A program made the translations under genes and the position numbers. From Candidatus Iainarchaeum sp. (GTDB taxonomy: Archaea > Iainarchaeota > Iainarchaeia > Iainarchaeales > JAAZKV01): 64,000 nucleotides of DNA. The stretch is taken from positions 1 through 64,000 of the forward strand of contig JAPLVR010000006.1 of the NCBI GenBank assembly GCA_026397015.1, written 5' to 3'. Positions 19,285 through 29,589 of the stretch are shown piece by piece. The notes beneath the pieces are model-generated. The model saw only the letters and a list, made by a program, of their open reading frames with translations. It had not been told where the DNA came from and did not search any database. The first letter of the stretch is position 1. The number at the start of each line of letters is the position of its first letter.

Positions 19285-20430
19285 ATGACTAAAAGAAAAA
19301 TAAGATCACAGAAGCCGATTCTGGCTGACATGCACACGCACCTCCTCGAAAAAAGGGTGAACCCGAAGAAGTGGTGGGCGGCGGCAAAAAAACGCGAACT
19401 CTCAGCAGTGGCAATAACCGAACACGGGGAAAAAAAGCCCCGTATCGCATATCTGAAGCTGCTCAAAAACAAGCCGGAGGAAATAATCCTCGTTCCGGGG
19501 CTTGAAGCGAAAACAAAAATAGGGCACGTCCTTGTTTATGGAAAGGACGAATCTGTCTACTGGCCAAAAGAGCTGCAGAAAAAAAACATCCCAATAACAA
19601 AAGTCCTTGAAATCGCGAAAAAAAACGGCTTCCTTGTGAGCATTTCACATCCCTACGGTTATAGGCTTGATTCAGCGTGCGGAATAATCGGCGAAAAAAA
19701 AGTAAAAAAGCTGCTAAAAGAAAACGATATTGGGGTGGAATATTATAACGGAATGCTCGGCTCGGCAAACGACTTCATTTTCAGGGCAAAATGGGCCCGG
19801 AAGCTCTACAACTTCCTCGACTTTGCGGAAAAAAACCGCGTCTTCAAAAGTCTGAGGCTGGCAAAGAGAAGCGGCAGGACAAAAAAATCCCTGGAAAAAA
19901 TTTCGATTGAAACTCTTGGGCGGGTGAGGAAAGCGGTAATGCTTTCGCAGCACGCAAAATTCATAACTGTCGGAAGCGACGCGCATTACCCGAAAAATAT
20001 AGGGAGTGCAATTGTTCAACTGAAAAGAAAGCCGAAAAACGCCGGAACCTTTCTGCAAATGATTAAAAGAAATGAAATTATTTTGGCCGGGCCGAATTTC
20101 TATTTGGCAAAGCCGGTCGACGAACTCAAAAAGAAGGAGCTCTTTGAAGGGCTTAAATACATCACCCAGGGAAAAATAGGCGGAATAGGAAAAGCGAAAA
20201 TTGTGCGGAAGATAACAAAAAAGGTTTCAGGCGGAAAAAGAAAAATCGCCGGAAGGATAAAAAAGATAAGGAAGGCAAGAATCGGAAAAAAATTAAAGAA
20301 AAGAATCGGCGGGCGGGGTTGGAGGCTGCGGAAAAGAATATTGAAAATAAGGAAAGCACGTTTTGGAAAAAAACTGAGAAAGGCATTCATCAAGCTTAGA
20401 AAAAAAAGATTCAGGAGGAAGAAAAAATGA
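19285..20430 (+). CDS. PHP-family metal-dependent phosphoesterase with long Lys/Arg-rich tail
   Basis: DMHTH, ITEH, GLE, GHVL, SHPY, GSDAH motifs. Confidence 0.85.
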   Translation: MTKRKIRSQKPILADMHTHLLEKRVNPKKWWAAAKKRELSAVAITEHGEKKPRIAYLKLLKNKPEEIILVPGLEAKTKIGHVLVYGKDESVYWPKELQKKNIPITKVLEIAKKNGFLVSISHPYGYRLDSACGIIGEKKVKKLLKENDIGVEYYNGMLGSANDFIFRAKWARKLYNFLDFAEKNRVFKSLRLAKRSGRTKKSLEKISIETLGRVRKAVMLSQHAKFITVGSDAHYPKNIGSAIVQLKRKPKNAGTFLQMIKRNEIILAGPNFYLAKPVDELKKKELFEGLKYITQGKIGGIGKAKIVRKITKKVSGGKRKIAGRIKKIRKARIGKKLKKRIGGRGWRLRKRILKIRKARFGKKLRKAFIKLRKKRFRRKKK

Positions 20431-20834
20431 AATATGCAGTTTCAAACAATACGGAAGTTGAAAAGATTCCGCGCGACACGGAAGAAATTCACATGACGCG
20501 GCCAATAAAATCCAAGACCCTGAAAAAGCTTCTGGAAAAGTGCCACATAAACATGATAACTCTCTCGAACTCGTGCTTCCAGAGGCTTTCGCCAAAAACA
20601 AGAAAAATTGCGAACGAAAAGGGGGCCCAGTTTGCAATTGAAAAAAAACGCGGGCGCGCCATCAGCATCCCGCTGAAAACGCTCCTTTACATAATTGAAC
20701 TGAAGAGGGACTACCAAAGCATAAGGGAAATCGAAAGGCTCACGGGAATTCCAAAGTCAACGGTGCATTACCTGATAAAATACGCGAAAAGGGTCAAAGT
20801 AAAAAAAGGAAAGGAAATAATTTATTTGAAATAA
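20427..20834 (+). CDS. DUF1699-like protein with C-terminal HTH
   Basis: EEIHMTRP; SIREIERLTGIPKSTVHY helix-turn-helix; ATGA overlap with the PHP gene. Confidence 0.65.
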   Translation: MKYAVSNNTEVEKIPRDTEEIHMTRPIKSKTLKKLLEKCHINMITLSNSCFQRLSPKTRKIANEKGAQFAIEKKRGRAISIPLKTLLYIIELKRDYQSIREIERLTGIPKSTVHYLIKYAKRVKVKKGKEIIYLK

Positions 20835-20887
20835 AAAACAAGATAAAAATAAACCAGAATAATTTTCGACGCCTTTCAGCCGCGGTT

Positions 20888-21874
20888 TTATTGCCGCGCA
20901 TCCGCCAGCCGCGCCTTTATTATTGAAACGCATCTTTCAAGAACTTCTTCCGGCTTTGTGTTTCCCTTCCACTGTGCCGCGCCCGAATGGCCGCCGACTT
21001 CTCCGCCGATTTCTTTCTGCAGCGGAATAAGCAGGTGTCTCATCAGGCTGAATTTATTTTTGCCCATGAACCCGGTTTCTGCCCTGCCCGAAAGCACTGT
21101 TGTTCCGTTTTTTTCGGCTCCGCAAACCAATGCAATGTGCGCTCCGAGCTCCAAAAGTTTTGATGCCGCCGAACCCTGGTAGAAGGAAAGAACGCTTGTG
21201 ACAATAACGGTTCCGTTGAAATCGGAGACGGACGCTCTCTGCGCCGCCTTAAAAAAAGCTATTTTTTCATCATCCTGGGCGACATGCCTTGAAAATTCAA
21301 GCACATCCGCATAGTTTTTTCCCGAATTTTTCAGGCACTGCGCAAAATCTCCGAAACTCTCCGCATTTGAGGTAATGAATCTGCCGGTGTCCTCGACAAT
21401 CCCCACACACGCATAAAAAAACATTTTTTTGAAAAATTGCCTCCAAAATTTTCTAAAAAGAACCTGTGTTGATGAAACACAGTTTGGATCGATAAACGCA
21501 TTTTTTCCTTTCACTATTCTTCGCTTTTCAATTATGTGGTGGTCGAAGGCAAAAAGCTCGACGGATTTTTTGAGCGCCTGAAACTTTTGCCGGAGCCGTC
21601 CGAGTTGCTCAAAATCATTGAAATCAAAAATAATTATCGCGTCAAAATTTTCCAAAGAAGGGTTTACTTCAAATGAAATCTTTTGCGAAACCGCAAAATG
21701 AAGCGCCTGCTCATTTATATGCGATGGAACCGCAATCGAAGAAAAAATTTTTTTGCCGCCCAAAAGTTCGCGCATTATTGCAGCCGAACAGAAAGAATCA
21801 AGGTCGGCATTTTCATGAGTGAGAAGCAGAATTCTCTTCCCCTTCAGCTTTTCAAGCATGCCTGTTTTCGCCAT
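20888..21874 (-). CDS. DHH-family phosphoesterase (NrnA-like)
   Basis: THENADLDS, FDHH, GIVEDTGRF, GGHSGAA; at the end of the exosome superoperon. Confidence 0.88.
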   Translation of the reverse strand: MAKTGMLEKLKGKRILLLTHENADLDSFCSAAIMRELLGGKKIFSSIAVPSHINEQALHFAVSQKISFEVNPSLENFDAIIIFDFNDFEQLGRLRQKFQALKKSVELFAFDHHIIEKRRIVKGKNAFIDPNCVSSTQVLFRKFWRQFFKKMFFYACVGIVEDTGRFITSNAESFGDFAQCLKNSGKNYADVLEFSRHVAQDDEKIAFFKAAQRASVSDFNGTVIVTSVLSFYQGSAASKLLELGAHIALVCGAEKNGTTVLSGRAETGFMGKNKFSLMRHLLIPLQKEIGGEVGGHSGAAQWKGNTKPEEVLERCVSIIKARLADARQ

Positions 21875-21945
21875 GTTAACATTTATCCATTGCCGGTGAC
21901 AATCAAGCTCTGAAATTTGATCCGCGATTTTCCGGTATTTGCCGC

Positions 21946-22320
21946 TTACTTGCCTGCTTTCTTTTTCGGCTCTTTTTTCCCTTCCGGGCTTTTTTTTGCC
22001 GCACCCTCTATTTCGGACTTGATTGAATTAAGCTTTTTCAGCACTGTTTCTTCCTGTTTTTGGATTGTCTTCAGCCTCAGTTCGACATTCTCTTTCTTCT
22101 CCGCAATTTCTTTTTCCATTTCTTTCTTGCCCTTTTTTATCAAAATATTGCCCACCGCTTTCAAAACCGATTCTTCTTTGCTTTTCCCGAGCTCGTCAAG
22201 GGAAGCCTGCATTATTTCCTTCTGGAAAGAAAGCTGCTGCTTCTGTGCGGAAATGCCCGCGAGGAACTGCCTGTTCCTTTCGAACTCGATTATTGCCGCC
22301 CTTTTTTCTTCATCATTCAT
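21946..22320 (-). CDS. pfdB: Prefoldin beta subunit
   Basis: Coiled coil with VLKAVGNILIK hairpin; conserved operon position. Confidence 0.9.
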   Translation of the reverse strand: MNDEEKRAAIIEFERNRQFLAGISAQKQQLSFQKEIMQASLDELGKSKEESVLKAVGNILIKKGKKEMEKEIAEKKENVELRLKTIQKQEETVLKKLNSIKSEIEGAAKKSPEGKKEPKKKAGK

Positions 22321-22574
22321 TCTAATTCCTCCAATTTTTTTAAAATCCCAAATGGCTTCAAAATCGAATTTTCGGATGCGCGCAATGCCGTTTTATCCGA
22401 AGCGCTGATACTGATTTTCACCAAATTTTTTTCAACCACGACTTTCACGCTGCTTCTTAAAAATTTTTCTTCCAGCTCGGGAGCTATCGATTCGAAAAAA
22501 ACTTTTGCCTCCCTGTTTGAATCAAATTCCAAATTAAAATTGCGCTTATACATGCAAACTCTTCTGTTTTTCAT
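22317..22574 (-). CDS. pcc1: KEOPS complex subunit Pcc1
   Basis: SIAPE...RSSV...ISASDKTALRASENS; between rpoP and pfdB. Confidence 0.85.
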   Translation of the reverse strand: MKNRRVCMYKRNFNLEFDSNREAKVFFESIAPELEEKFLRSSVKVVVEKNLVKISISASDKTALRASENSILKPFGILKKLEELE

Positions 22575-22595
22575 TTTCCAATGTCTTCAATTTTT

Positions 22596-22730
22596 TCAAA
22601 CTGCCTTTAATTCCTTTGAAATCGGCTCCCTTGTCTTGTAAAGAATCCTGTAACCGCATTTCGGGCACCTGACTGTTCCTTCCACGACGCTCATTACTTC
22701 CGCCCCGCATTTAACGCATCTAAATGTCAT
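22596..22730 (-). CDS. rpoP: DNA-directed RNA polymerase subunit P (Rpo12)
   Basis: MTFRCVKCG...VRCPKCGYRILYKTR zinc ribbon; true start ATG 22730. Confidence 0.92.
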   Translation of the reverse strand: MTFRCVKCGAEVMSVVEGTVRCPKCGYRILYKTREPISKELKAV

Positions 22731-23214
22731 CAAAATCACTTCCTTTTTTCTTTCCTTTTTCTTTGGCCGCTCTTCGTCCGCCTTCCTTTTTCCTGTTTTT
22801 TGATTCTTTTTCTCTTGCCCCTGCGGACTTTTCCTCGGCTTTTTCTTCCGCAAATTTCACTGTGCCTTCCTGCGTCAAAACTTTTTCAACTTCGCGCTCA
22901 ATATCGGCGAAGCTGCTTTCTTTCAGTTTTGAAATATCAAGGGTTCCAAACACAAAAGATTTTTGCGAAACAGCTTTGTGAACGGCTTTTCCAGGAAGGG
23001 TTTCGATTTCGTATGCCCCGCCTGTGAATCGAATCCCGCATTTTGTGCATGCAAACAATCCCGCCGCGATTCTTTTCACGCGCGAAAATCCGCATGCCGG
23101 ACACGGACCGAGGTCCTTCTGCCTGGCAGAAACCTTGAGCAGCCTCCTTCTTATTCCCACTCCGTAGCGGGAACCGTACTTTCCTGCCACATCAACTTTT
23201 TTAGTTTTTCCCAT
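22720..23214 (-). CDS. rpl37ae: 50S ribosomal protein L37Ae (eL43) with long C-terminal extension
   Basis: TKKV..AGKYGSRYG, CPAC...CTKC, FTGGAY. Confidence 0.92.
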   Translation of the reverse strand: MGKTKKVDVAGKYGSRYGVGIRRRLLKVSARQKDLGPCPACGFSRVKRIAAGLFACTKCGIRFTGGAYEIETLPGKAVHKAVSQKSFVFGTLDISKLKESSFADIEREVEKVLTQEGTVKFAEEKAEEKSAGAREKESKNRKKEGGRRAAKEKGKKKGSDFDDI

Positions 23215-23268
23215 TTATGCCCACCAGCAAATTACTTTTTTTCGACAAAATTCTGGGAAAAAGCATTT

Positions 23269-24060
23269 TTAAAGCTTAGAGATTTTTGCCCTAACCCCTT
23301 TTCCCACTTCAAATGCTTTTTCAATCATTTCATCAATCTCTCCGGCCTTGAACGAACCGCCTATTCCCTTCTGCATTGCGGCCATAAAACCGTCTTCGGT
23401 TGTTGAAACCGAAAATCTCGCTTCAGCTGCTTTCTCCTCTATGTATGTAGGGTCCAGAAGAATTGTTCCGCCTACTTTCACAAAGGTCGTTAAAATCGGC
23501 AGCCTTTTTAGTTCAAGCTTTCCCGTGAATTCGCCTTTGATTATTTTGTCTTTTTCATCCAACTTAGGAATTTTTCCCTGCATGAAGCACAACAACGCTG
23601 CTATTGCTCCGGCATCGAAAATGTTTCCATCGCTGTTTATTGCATAGAAATCAATAAAGCCAATCCAGGACAACTCGCCCTCTCTGATACAGAGCTTGCT
23701 GAAATCGATTGCCTTGCTTTCCCTTATTCCCCTGTCTACTACTCTTCCTATCTCGACTTCCACCATTGAAGGTGGCCCGGATTCGTAATCCGGATTTGCA
23801 AGCGGCAAAAGTTCCGCGCCGATTGAGATTGAGCCCTCATTCGGACTATCGGGGTATGGAACGCCTGTCAGCATTTTCAAACCTGCGACTACTTCCGTTT
23901 CTCCCAGCCTCACCCTTGCTGAGCCCTCTGCATTTCCCGCGAAGCCCGTTTCGATTGTGAGCTTTCTCATTTCATCGGCTTTCCTTCCGTCAAGCCTTTT
24001 CCCTTCTTTGGCCATTTCGACCACTTTTGATATTTCATATTCCAATATTGTAGATCTCAC
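23269..24060 (-). CDS. rrp42: Exosome complex component Rrp42
   Basis: RLDGRK, AEGSARVRLGET, PYPDSPNEG, RVVDRGIRES. Confidence 0.95.
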   Translation of the reverse strand: MRSTILEYEISKVVEMAKEGKRLDGRKADEMRKLTIETGFAGNAEGSARVRLGETEVVAGLKMLTGVPYPDSPNEGSISIGAELLPLANPDYESGPPSMVEVEIGRVVDRGIRESKAIDFSKLCIREGELSWIGFIDFYAINSDGNIFDAGAIAALLCFMQGKIPKLDEKDKIIKGEFTGKLELKRLPILTTFVKVGGTILLDPTYIEEKAAEARFSVSTTEDGFMAAMQKGIGGSFKAGEIDEMIEKAFEVGKGVRAKISKL

Positions 24061-24914
24061 TTTTTCACCTTCTTTTCCTTTTCACTTCTTTCCTTTATTT
24101 TTTCTTTTCCCTTTTCTTCTTTCATTTTTTTTCCGGTTTCCTTTTTCTTTTCCAACGCATTGCCTGAGTCGTCCGATTCAGAAACATTGCCGAGTTCAAA
24201 TTTTTCTTTCAACGCATTTTTCTGAATCTCGTAAACCTGCTTGCATCCTTTTATTCCGAGTGCAATTACTTTTTTCCACTCCTCTTTTGTGAGCAAGCCG
24301 TCCATTTGCAGCAAAACGATTTCGTCGCTGTTGGGCAGGATGCCGAGCGGAACGTCAACCGCGTCCGGCGCGTCTTCCTCTTCCTTGTTAAGGTCCAAAA
24401 TTATTTCATTGAACGCCTTTCCAACTCCCGTCGCGGAAATCAAATCCCTCATCGGAATTCCCGCATCCGCCATTGCAACGCTTGCCGCCACAAGGCATGC
24501 AACCCTTGAACCAGCGTTTGAATCAATCACTTCGACAAAAACGCTTATTTCCGTATTTGGGAATTGCTCGACAAAAACTGATTTTTCAAGAGCTTCCGAA
24601 AGAACCTTCGAAATTTCTTGGTCTCTCCTGTTCGGCCTCGGATTTTTCCTGTCCGGAACGGAAAAAGCGGCCATCCTGTAAGTCGCTTTCACAACAGCCT
24701 TGAACGGATTCTGCGTGTGTTTCGGCAGCGCCTCTCTCGGCCCGTAAACAGTCGCATAAACCTTGTTCTGCCCCCATTCCACATAAGCCGAACCGTTCGC
24801 GTTCGGAATCACTCCCACTTTTATGCTAAGAGGCCTTAACTCATCCATTTTTCTCCCGTCTACCCTTTTCTTATCCTTCTTGTAGTCAGGAATTTCTTCA
24901 CCTTTTTTACTCAT
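24057..24914 (-). CDS. rrp41: Exosome complex component Rrp41
   Basis: RVDGRKMDELRP, GSAYVEWG, YGPRE, YRMAAFS, AGSR, DLNKEEED, LLQMDG. Confidence 0.95.
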   Translation of the reverse strand: MSKKGEEIPDYKKDKKRVDGRKMDELRPLSIKVGVIPNANGSAYVEWGQNKVYATVYGPREALPKHTQNPFKAVVKATYRMAAFSVPDRKNPRPNRRDQEISKVLSEALEKSVFVEQFPNTEISVFVEVIDSNAGSRVACLVAASVAMADAGIPMRDLISATGVGKAFNEIILDLNKEEEDAPDAVDVPLGILPNSDEIVLLQMDGLLTKEEWKKVIALGIKGCKQVYEIQKNALKEKFELGNVSESDDSGNALEKKKETGKKMKEEKGKEKIKERSEKEKKVKK

Positions 24915-25162
24915 TTTTTTCACCTTTTCCTTTTTAAATTCCAATTTTTTTTATTTTATTTTACCTTATTCTATTTTAATTTTTCTTTTTTTAATTTACT
25001 TCTATTTTGCTTTTATTCTGATTTTTTCTTTCCTTATCTTACTTTTATTTTACTTTCTCTCTTCTTAATTTATTTTTATTTTAATTTCGTTTTAATTTTT
25101 TTTATTTTTCTCTTACCTCACTTTTATTTTGCTTTTTTGTTTTTTCCACTCTTGCTCGAGTT
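24915..25162. repeat. Low-complexity T-rich spacer (A-rich on the operon's sense strand)
   Basis: About 250 nt of TTTTA/TTTTC runs, nearly G-free on the + strand. Confidence 0.8.
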
Positions 25163-25780
25163 TTATTTTAATTTCTTTTTCTTTTTCAGCATTTCTTCAA
25201 TCGTGCTGGTCAGATGGCTCTTGTACGAATTCGCCTCGATAAAAGAAACAAGTTCTTTCAAAAGCCCGATGTCGCCGTCGCGCGCCCAAACCCTTCCGTT
25301 TTTTCCTATTATTATGTTTGCACCCGTTCCGCTTTTCAACAATTCGAGCATCGAAGCGTTTTTCCCAATCAATCTTGGAACCCTTACCGGCGTAACTTCT
25401 ATTATTTCTCCGCCCTGCATTTTTCTGGCGAAATCCAGGTCAGCTTCCCTAAGCTCGTTCACGTAACTGACCTTTGCCGAAATAACATCGCCGACTCTCA
25501 GTTCTTCCCTCATCGCCGATTTCGGGATGAATGAAGTCGCAAAAGAATTCATGTCGATGCCGAATCCGGCAAAAACAACCCTTGAAACAATCCCTATTAC
25601 CGCGTCGTCCTGAACCGGCATGTAAAGCCCGTTCAAAGGCACGACATTCGCGTATTCTCCTTCCGTATCAGTTATTCCCAATACCTTGGAATATATTCTT
25701 CCGTTTGCAACGTAAACATTGCTTCCCAATTTTTTTCTGTCTTCCGAAACGATCTGCCCCGGAACCACCACTTCTTTCAT
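25163..25780 (-). CDS. rrp4: Exosome RNA-binding cap protein Rrp4
   Basis: VVVPG, VVPLNGLY.P S1 domain, KH motif VPRLIGKNASM, GKNGRVW. Confidence 0.93.
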   Translation of the reverse strand: MKEVVVPGQIVSEDRKKLGSNVYVANGRIYSKVLGITDTEGEYANVVPLNGLYMPVQDDAVIGIVSRVVFAGFGIDMNSFATSFIPKSAMREELRVGDVISAKVSYVNELREADLDFARKMQGGEIIEVTPVRVPRLIGKNASMLELLKSGTGANIIIGKNGRVWARDGDIGLLKELVSFIEANSYKSHLTSTIEEMLKKKKKLK

Positions 25781-25789
25781 TTATCCACC

Positions 25790-25950
25790 TTCTCTCCTTT
25801 TAATTTTCACAGTATTAATTTCATTTTCATTCTTGATTTTTTTTATTTCGCCCATTTTTTCATCATTTTTATTTTTTTCTCATTCTTACTTTCTTCTCAT
25901 TCTCATTTTTTTATCATTTTTATTTTTTTCATGCCGCCAATCAAAATAAA
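25790..25950. repeat. Low-complexity T-rich spacer with short duplicated unit
   Basis: ATCATTTTTATTTTTT occurs twice (near 25862 and 25913). Confidence 0.7.
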
Positions 25951-25959
25951 GTTATGTTT

Positions 25960-26652
25960 TCATCCCACAATTTTCACAGTAATGTCGCCGTGTGTCACCG
26001 AATTCAATTTGTTCAGCAAATCCTGTTTTAAACCAGCCGGCAATTGGAACTCTGCGGCAAGCGAACCATCATTTAACCACTGCTCCCTTTTCATTTCAAA
26101 CTTGTGAATTATTGAGGAACATTTTCCGGCATGCTCCGCCGGAATCTTAACCGCGAAATCAATTTTTTCAAGCGAAATCGGTATTATCGGCCTCAAAGCC
26201 TTCACAATGTCCTCAATCTGCTCTTCCGTGCTTTTGAAAGCATCAACATGAACTTTTGCCTGCTCCATCGCATTTTGTATTCTCTGCGGCGGATGGGGCG
26301 TTTTTGTCTGCGGATTTATCGCATTTCTTGAAATGAAATCAAAAATCTCCGACTTCTTTTTTTCAAGCAGCATCCTTCTCTGTTCTGTTGTGAGCTGCAC
26401 CTCTCCGTTCTGAATTATTTTTTTCGCAATCTCCTTCAAATCAGCCGTTAGGAAAACTTTTTGAATGGTTTCCTTTCCCTGTTCATCGCCCTTTCTCGCG
26501 TCTTTGAAAACCCTTTCAATCGCGAGCAAACTTGCAAGCTCGATTTCCTTTCCGTGCTTTACTTCCATCGCCAAATGCGGGTCGACAAGCAATTCAAATG
26601 TGTGCCCGCCCTTCTCAATCCTCGCTATAACAGCGTCTTCCATTTTTACCAT
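25960..26652 (-). CDS. Ribosome maturation factor SBDS/Sdo1
   Basis: [36 protein letters not shown]; ATG 26652 preferred. Confidence 0.95.
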   Translation of the reverse strand: MVKMEDAVIARIEKGGHTFELLVDPHLAMEVKHGKEIELASLLAIERVFKDARKGDEQGKETIQKVFLTADLKEIAKKIIQNGEVQLTTEQRRMLLEKKKSEIFDFISRNAINPQTKTPHPPQRIQNAMEQAKVHVDAFKSTEEQIEDIVKALRPIIPISLEKIDFAVKIPAEHAGKCSSIIHKFEMKREQWLNDGSLAAEFQLPAGLKQDLLNKLNSVTHGDITVKIVG

Positions 26653-26749
26653 TTTACCACTTCGTTTTACTCGCCCGCCAAAAAAATTCCGTTCAAACCG
26701 CCCAGGGATTCGCAAAGAAATTATTAGAAACCAAAAAGGTATTCCACAA

Positions 26750-27466
26750 TTATTTCATCAACTGCTTTACTTCCTGCGAATTCAGATTCCTGAAACCATT
26801 CTCATCAATAACAGCAAATTCCAGCCTTTCCGATCCCATCTTTTCCTTTTCCGGAAGGCTTTTTTCAATCGCCCTATAAACCAACGAAACCGCCTTTTCC
26901 AGCGGCAACCCGTCCTTGTATTCTTTTTCCAAAAAATGCATCGCTTTTTCCTTGTTTCTTCCGATTGCTATCGCCTTGTACTGCGCCAACGCACCGCTCG
27001 GCTCCGTTTCAAACAATTTTGCGCCGGTTTCATCAACGCCCGCAACAATAAAAGCAACTCCAAAAGGTCTGAGGCCGCCGTACTGCGTAAAAGCCTGCTT
27101 TGTTTCTGCAATCTCCTTCGCCATTACATTCACCTGAATTTTTTCGCCAAAAACCATTCTATTGTCCTGCGCCTGCCTTCTCGCGATTCCTACAAGCCTT
27201 CTCGCATCCCCCACAAGGCCTGCGGAAACGACTCCAATATTTTCATCAATTTTAAATATTTTTTCAACCGAATCGGAAACCATTATTTCGCTTTTTATCA
27301 TTTTATCGGCGCCAAGAAGTATTCCGTCCTTGTAAATTATTCCCGCGCCGGTCGTTCCCTGCTCCACAATTTTTGAAGCGTACTCCACCTGGTAAAGCCT
27401 CCCGTCGGGGGAGAACATTGTGGGAACCTTGTCATATGCCGGAACCTTTGATACTTGAGGATACAT
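26750..27466 (-). CDS. psmA: Proteasome subunit alpha
   Basis: YD...[31 protein letters not shown]. Confidence 0.96.
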   Translation of the reverse strand: MYPQVSKVPAYDKVPTMFSPDGRLYQVEYASKIVEQGTTGAGIIYKDGILLGADKMIKSEIMVSDSVEKIFKIDENIGVVSAGLVGDARRLVGIARRQAQDNRMVFGEKIQVNVMAKEIAETKQAFTQYGGLRPFGVAFIVAGVDETGAKLFETEPSGALAQYKAIAIGRNKEKAMHFLEKEYKDGLPLEKAVSLVYRAIEKSLPEKEKMGSERLEFAVIDENGFRNLNSQEVKQLMK

Positions 27467-27588
27467 AAAAATCAACTCTCAAAAAGGAGCAAAATCTTCC
27501 TTTCCCTTTCTTCCTTGTCCAACAAATCTATTAAAAGAGAATCTTTTTAAAGGTTGTTAAAACTGCCAAAACAACCACAAATTTGGAA

Positions 27589-29589
27589 CTATTGCCAGCT
27601 TAAAGTAGGGTATTCCCCTAACCAAACCCAGTTACCGTCATCCCAAGCCGGCGAACCCGTGTAAACGCCGTAACCGCTTGAGTAAAAGTCGGAAGCTTCG
27701 ACTGCATGTGTGCAGTTCGCATCGCCGCTGTGATAGCACGCGGTTGCGCTGTCGGACAGGTTGGAATCCAGCCAGTAAAGATTAAGCACTGACGCAGGAT
27801 CGTTATTGCCAACAACCCCCTCCGAATAGACGCCTCCTCCGTTAATCGTGCTGACAGAAAAAGAATTTTTTACGACCGAATCCCCATTGGTCCCAACTAT
27901 GCCTCCCGTATAACCACAACAACCCCCAGCGTTTATTGTTCCCGTGTTATATGAATTCACAATATAAGAAGGGCCATTATAACCAAACCCGTCCCATCCT
28001 ACCATGTTCAGCCCGGCTATCCCCCCGGTACGGACTCCTCCGGTTATGGTTCCGGTATTATAAGAATTCACCACCAAAGAGTCGGAGTTGAACCCTACTA
28101 TTCCCCCCACACTATCATCCTCCGGGCCGAGTGAGGTTATATTCCCCGCATTGTAAGAACCTTCCACGACCGACAAATATTCGTTTGACCCCGCCATTCC
28201 CCCGACCCATGCATACCCACTTACGGTTCCAGTATTATAAGAATTCACAACCGAAGAAGAATAATTCCACCCTGTTATTCCCCCGGCACAGCTCTCCTCG
28301 CCGCCACCGGCTGCAGTTACGGTTCCAGTATTATAAGAATTCACAACCGAAGAGTAATCGGCCTTTCCAACTATTCCCCCAATATGATAGTATCCGGTTA
28401 TGCTTGAGTTTTCCATCCCCAGATCCTTTACTTCTGAATGGTCAATCCGCCCAAACAAACCAACATAAGTTGTACTGGGACGGTAAATGTACAAGTCATT
28501 TATGGAGTAGTTCCTTCCATCAAATGTGCCGCTATATGGAGGCGTCACCACCCAAGTGCTTTCACAATCGTACTCGCAAGACCAACTGTTATCGCAATTC
28601 GGATTCGGATTTTCGCAATAACCCGCTTTGCCAATCGGCGCAAATCCCAAGTACTGCTCAAAAGTTTCGCTTTCCTCATCTTCATCCATATTCCAATTCA
28701 CTGTGTCGGAACAATCAATATCCTGCGCAAGCGCATAATTCGCATCCAAATCCAAACTCATATTTTGCAATTCAACACAACTTGACAAAAGGAACGGATG
28801 CGCATAACTGCCGTCCTGTAAAATAGAAAAATTCACATCCCAAGGACCGCCGTTATTACTACCAGCCCAATTACTATTCCCATCAACACAATTCACATCC
28901 CAAGAGTAAACTCCCTCCCCAATCGGAACAAAATTTTTATCGAAAGAGCCCGAATTGCCTGACTGGTCAAAACTGGTGCCAATAATCAAATTACAATTTG
29001 AAACCGCAACATTATCGCTTGCGGTGTAAGTAAAAGTAACAAAACCATCCTCATCAACGGTTCCGCTTAAAGGAGAAACCAAAGCAACACTCGGAGGAGT
29101 CGTATCACCCGGAACATACACCTGAACAGGAACATCAGGGGTACAACTCATAACAAACTCGGAAGGACCAACAGTATTTTGAACACCATATTTGTTTTTG
29201 TAAGTAATCTTCACGGAATAAGTCCGCGAACCACCAACACAACCAGACAGATTAGAAACAGTAACCGTTTGATCATCGCCCCCGGAAATCTTGGCGGAAT
29301 CAACATTCAAATCCACGCCATCAACATTAATCCCAGTGACAGTGACCTCTTCAAGCCCAGAATTTTTAAACTTAAAAATCGCATCACCATTCGAATCAGC
29401 ACCTGCATCAACAATCGCAAGACCCTGCGAAGACCAAAACAAATCAGCCCTGCCCTTATTAATGCCCGGGGTAGAATCAACAAAATCAGAAGCAAGAACA
29501 ACAACAACCAAACCAATAACAACAATAATCGCCAACAAAACAACATACTCAATAGTGCCCTGCGCAGATAGTTTAGAATGGGTTTGCAT
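27589..29589 (-). CDS. Class III signal peptide (pilin-like) GLUG-repeat surface protein, paralogue 1, with Ig-like insert
   Basis: SAQGTIEYVVLLAIIVVIGLVVV; DGSYAHPF..C.ELQ, GTFDG.NY.I..LYI, repeated (V/A)GGIxG...NSYNTG units, C-terminal YPTLSWQ; TATA TTTATATA about 23 nt upstream. Confidence 0.85.
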   Translation of the reverse strand: MQTHSKLSAQGTIEYVVLLAIIVVIGLVVVVLASDFVDSTPGINKGRADLFWSSQGLAIVDAGADSNGDAIFKFKNSGLEEVTVTGINVDGVDLNVDSAKISGGDDQTVTVSNLSGCVGGSRTYSVKITYKNKYGVQNTVGPSEFVMSCTPDVPVQVYVPGDTTPPSVALVSPLSGTVDEDGFVTFTYTASDNVAVSNCNLIIGTSFDQSGNSGSFDKNFVPIGEGVYSWDVNCVDGNSNWAGSNNGGPWDVNFSILQDGSYAHPFLLSSCVELQNMSLDLDANYALAQDIDCSDTVNWNMDEDEESETFEQYLGFAPIGKAGYCENPNPNCDNSWSCEYDCESTWVVTPPYSGTFDGRNYSINDLYIYRPSTTYVGLFGRIDHSEVKDLGMENSSITGYYHIGGIVGKADYSSVVNSYNTGTVTAAGGGEESCAGGITGWNYSSSVVNSYNTGTVSGYAWVGGMAGSNEYLSVVEGSYNAGNITSLGPEDDSVGGIVGFNSDSLVVNSYNTGTITGGVRTGGIAGLNMVGWDGFGYNGPSYIVNSYNTGTINAGGCCGYTGGIVGTNGDSVVKNSFSVSTINGGGVYSEGVVGNNDPASVLNLYWLDSNLSDSATACYHSGDANCTHAVEASDFYSSGYGVYTGSPAWDDGNWVWLGEYPTLSWQ
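28221..28353. repeat. 37-bp exact direct repeat within GLUG repeats
   Basis: TTACGGTTCCAGTATTATAAGAATTCACAACCGAAGA at 28221-28257 and 28317-28353. Confidence 0.9.
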
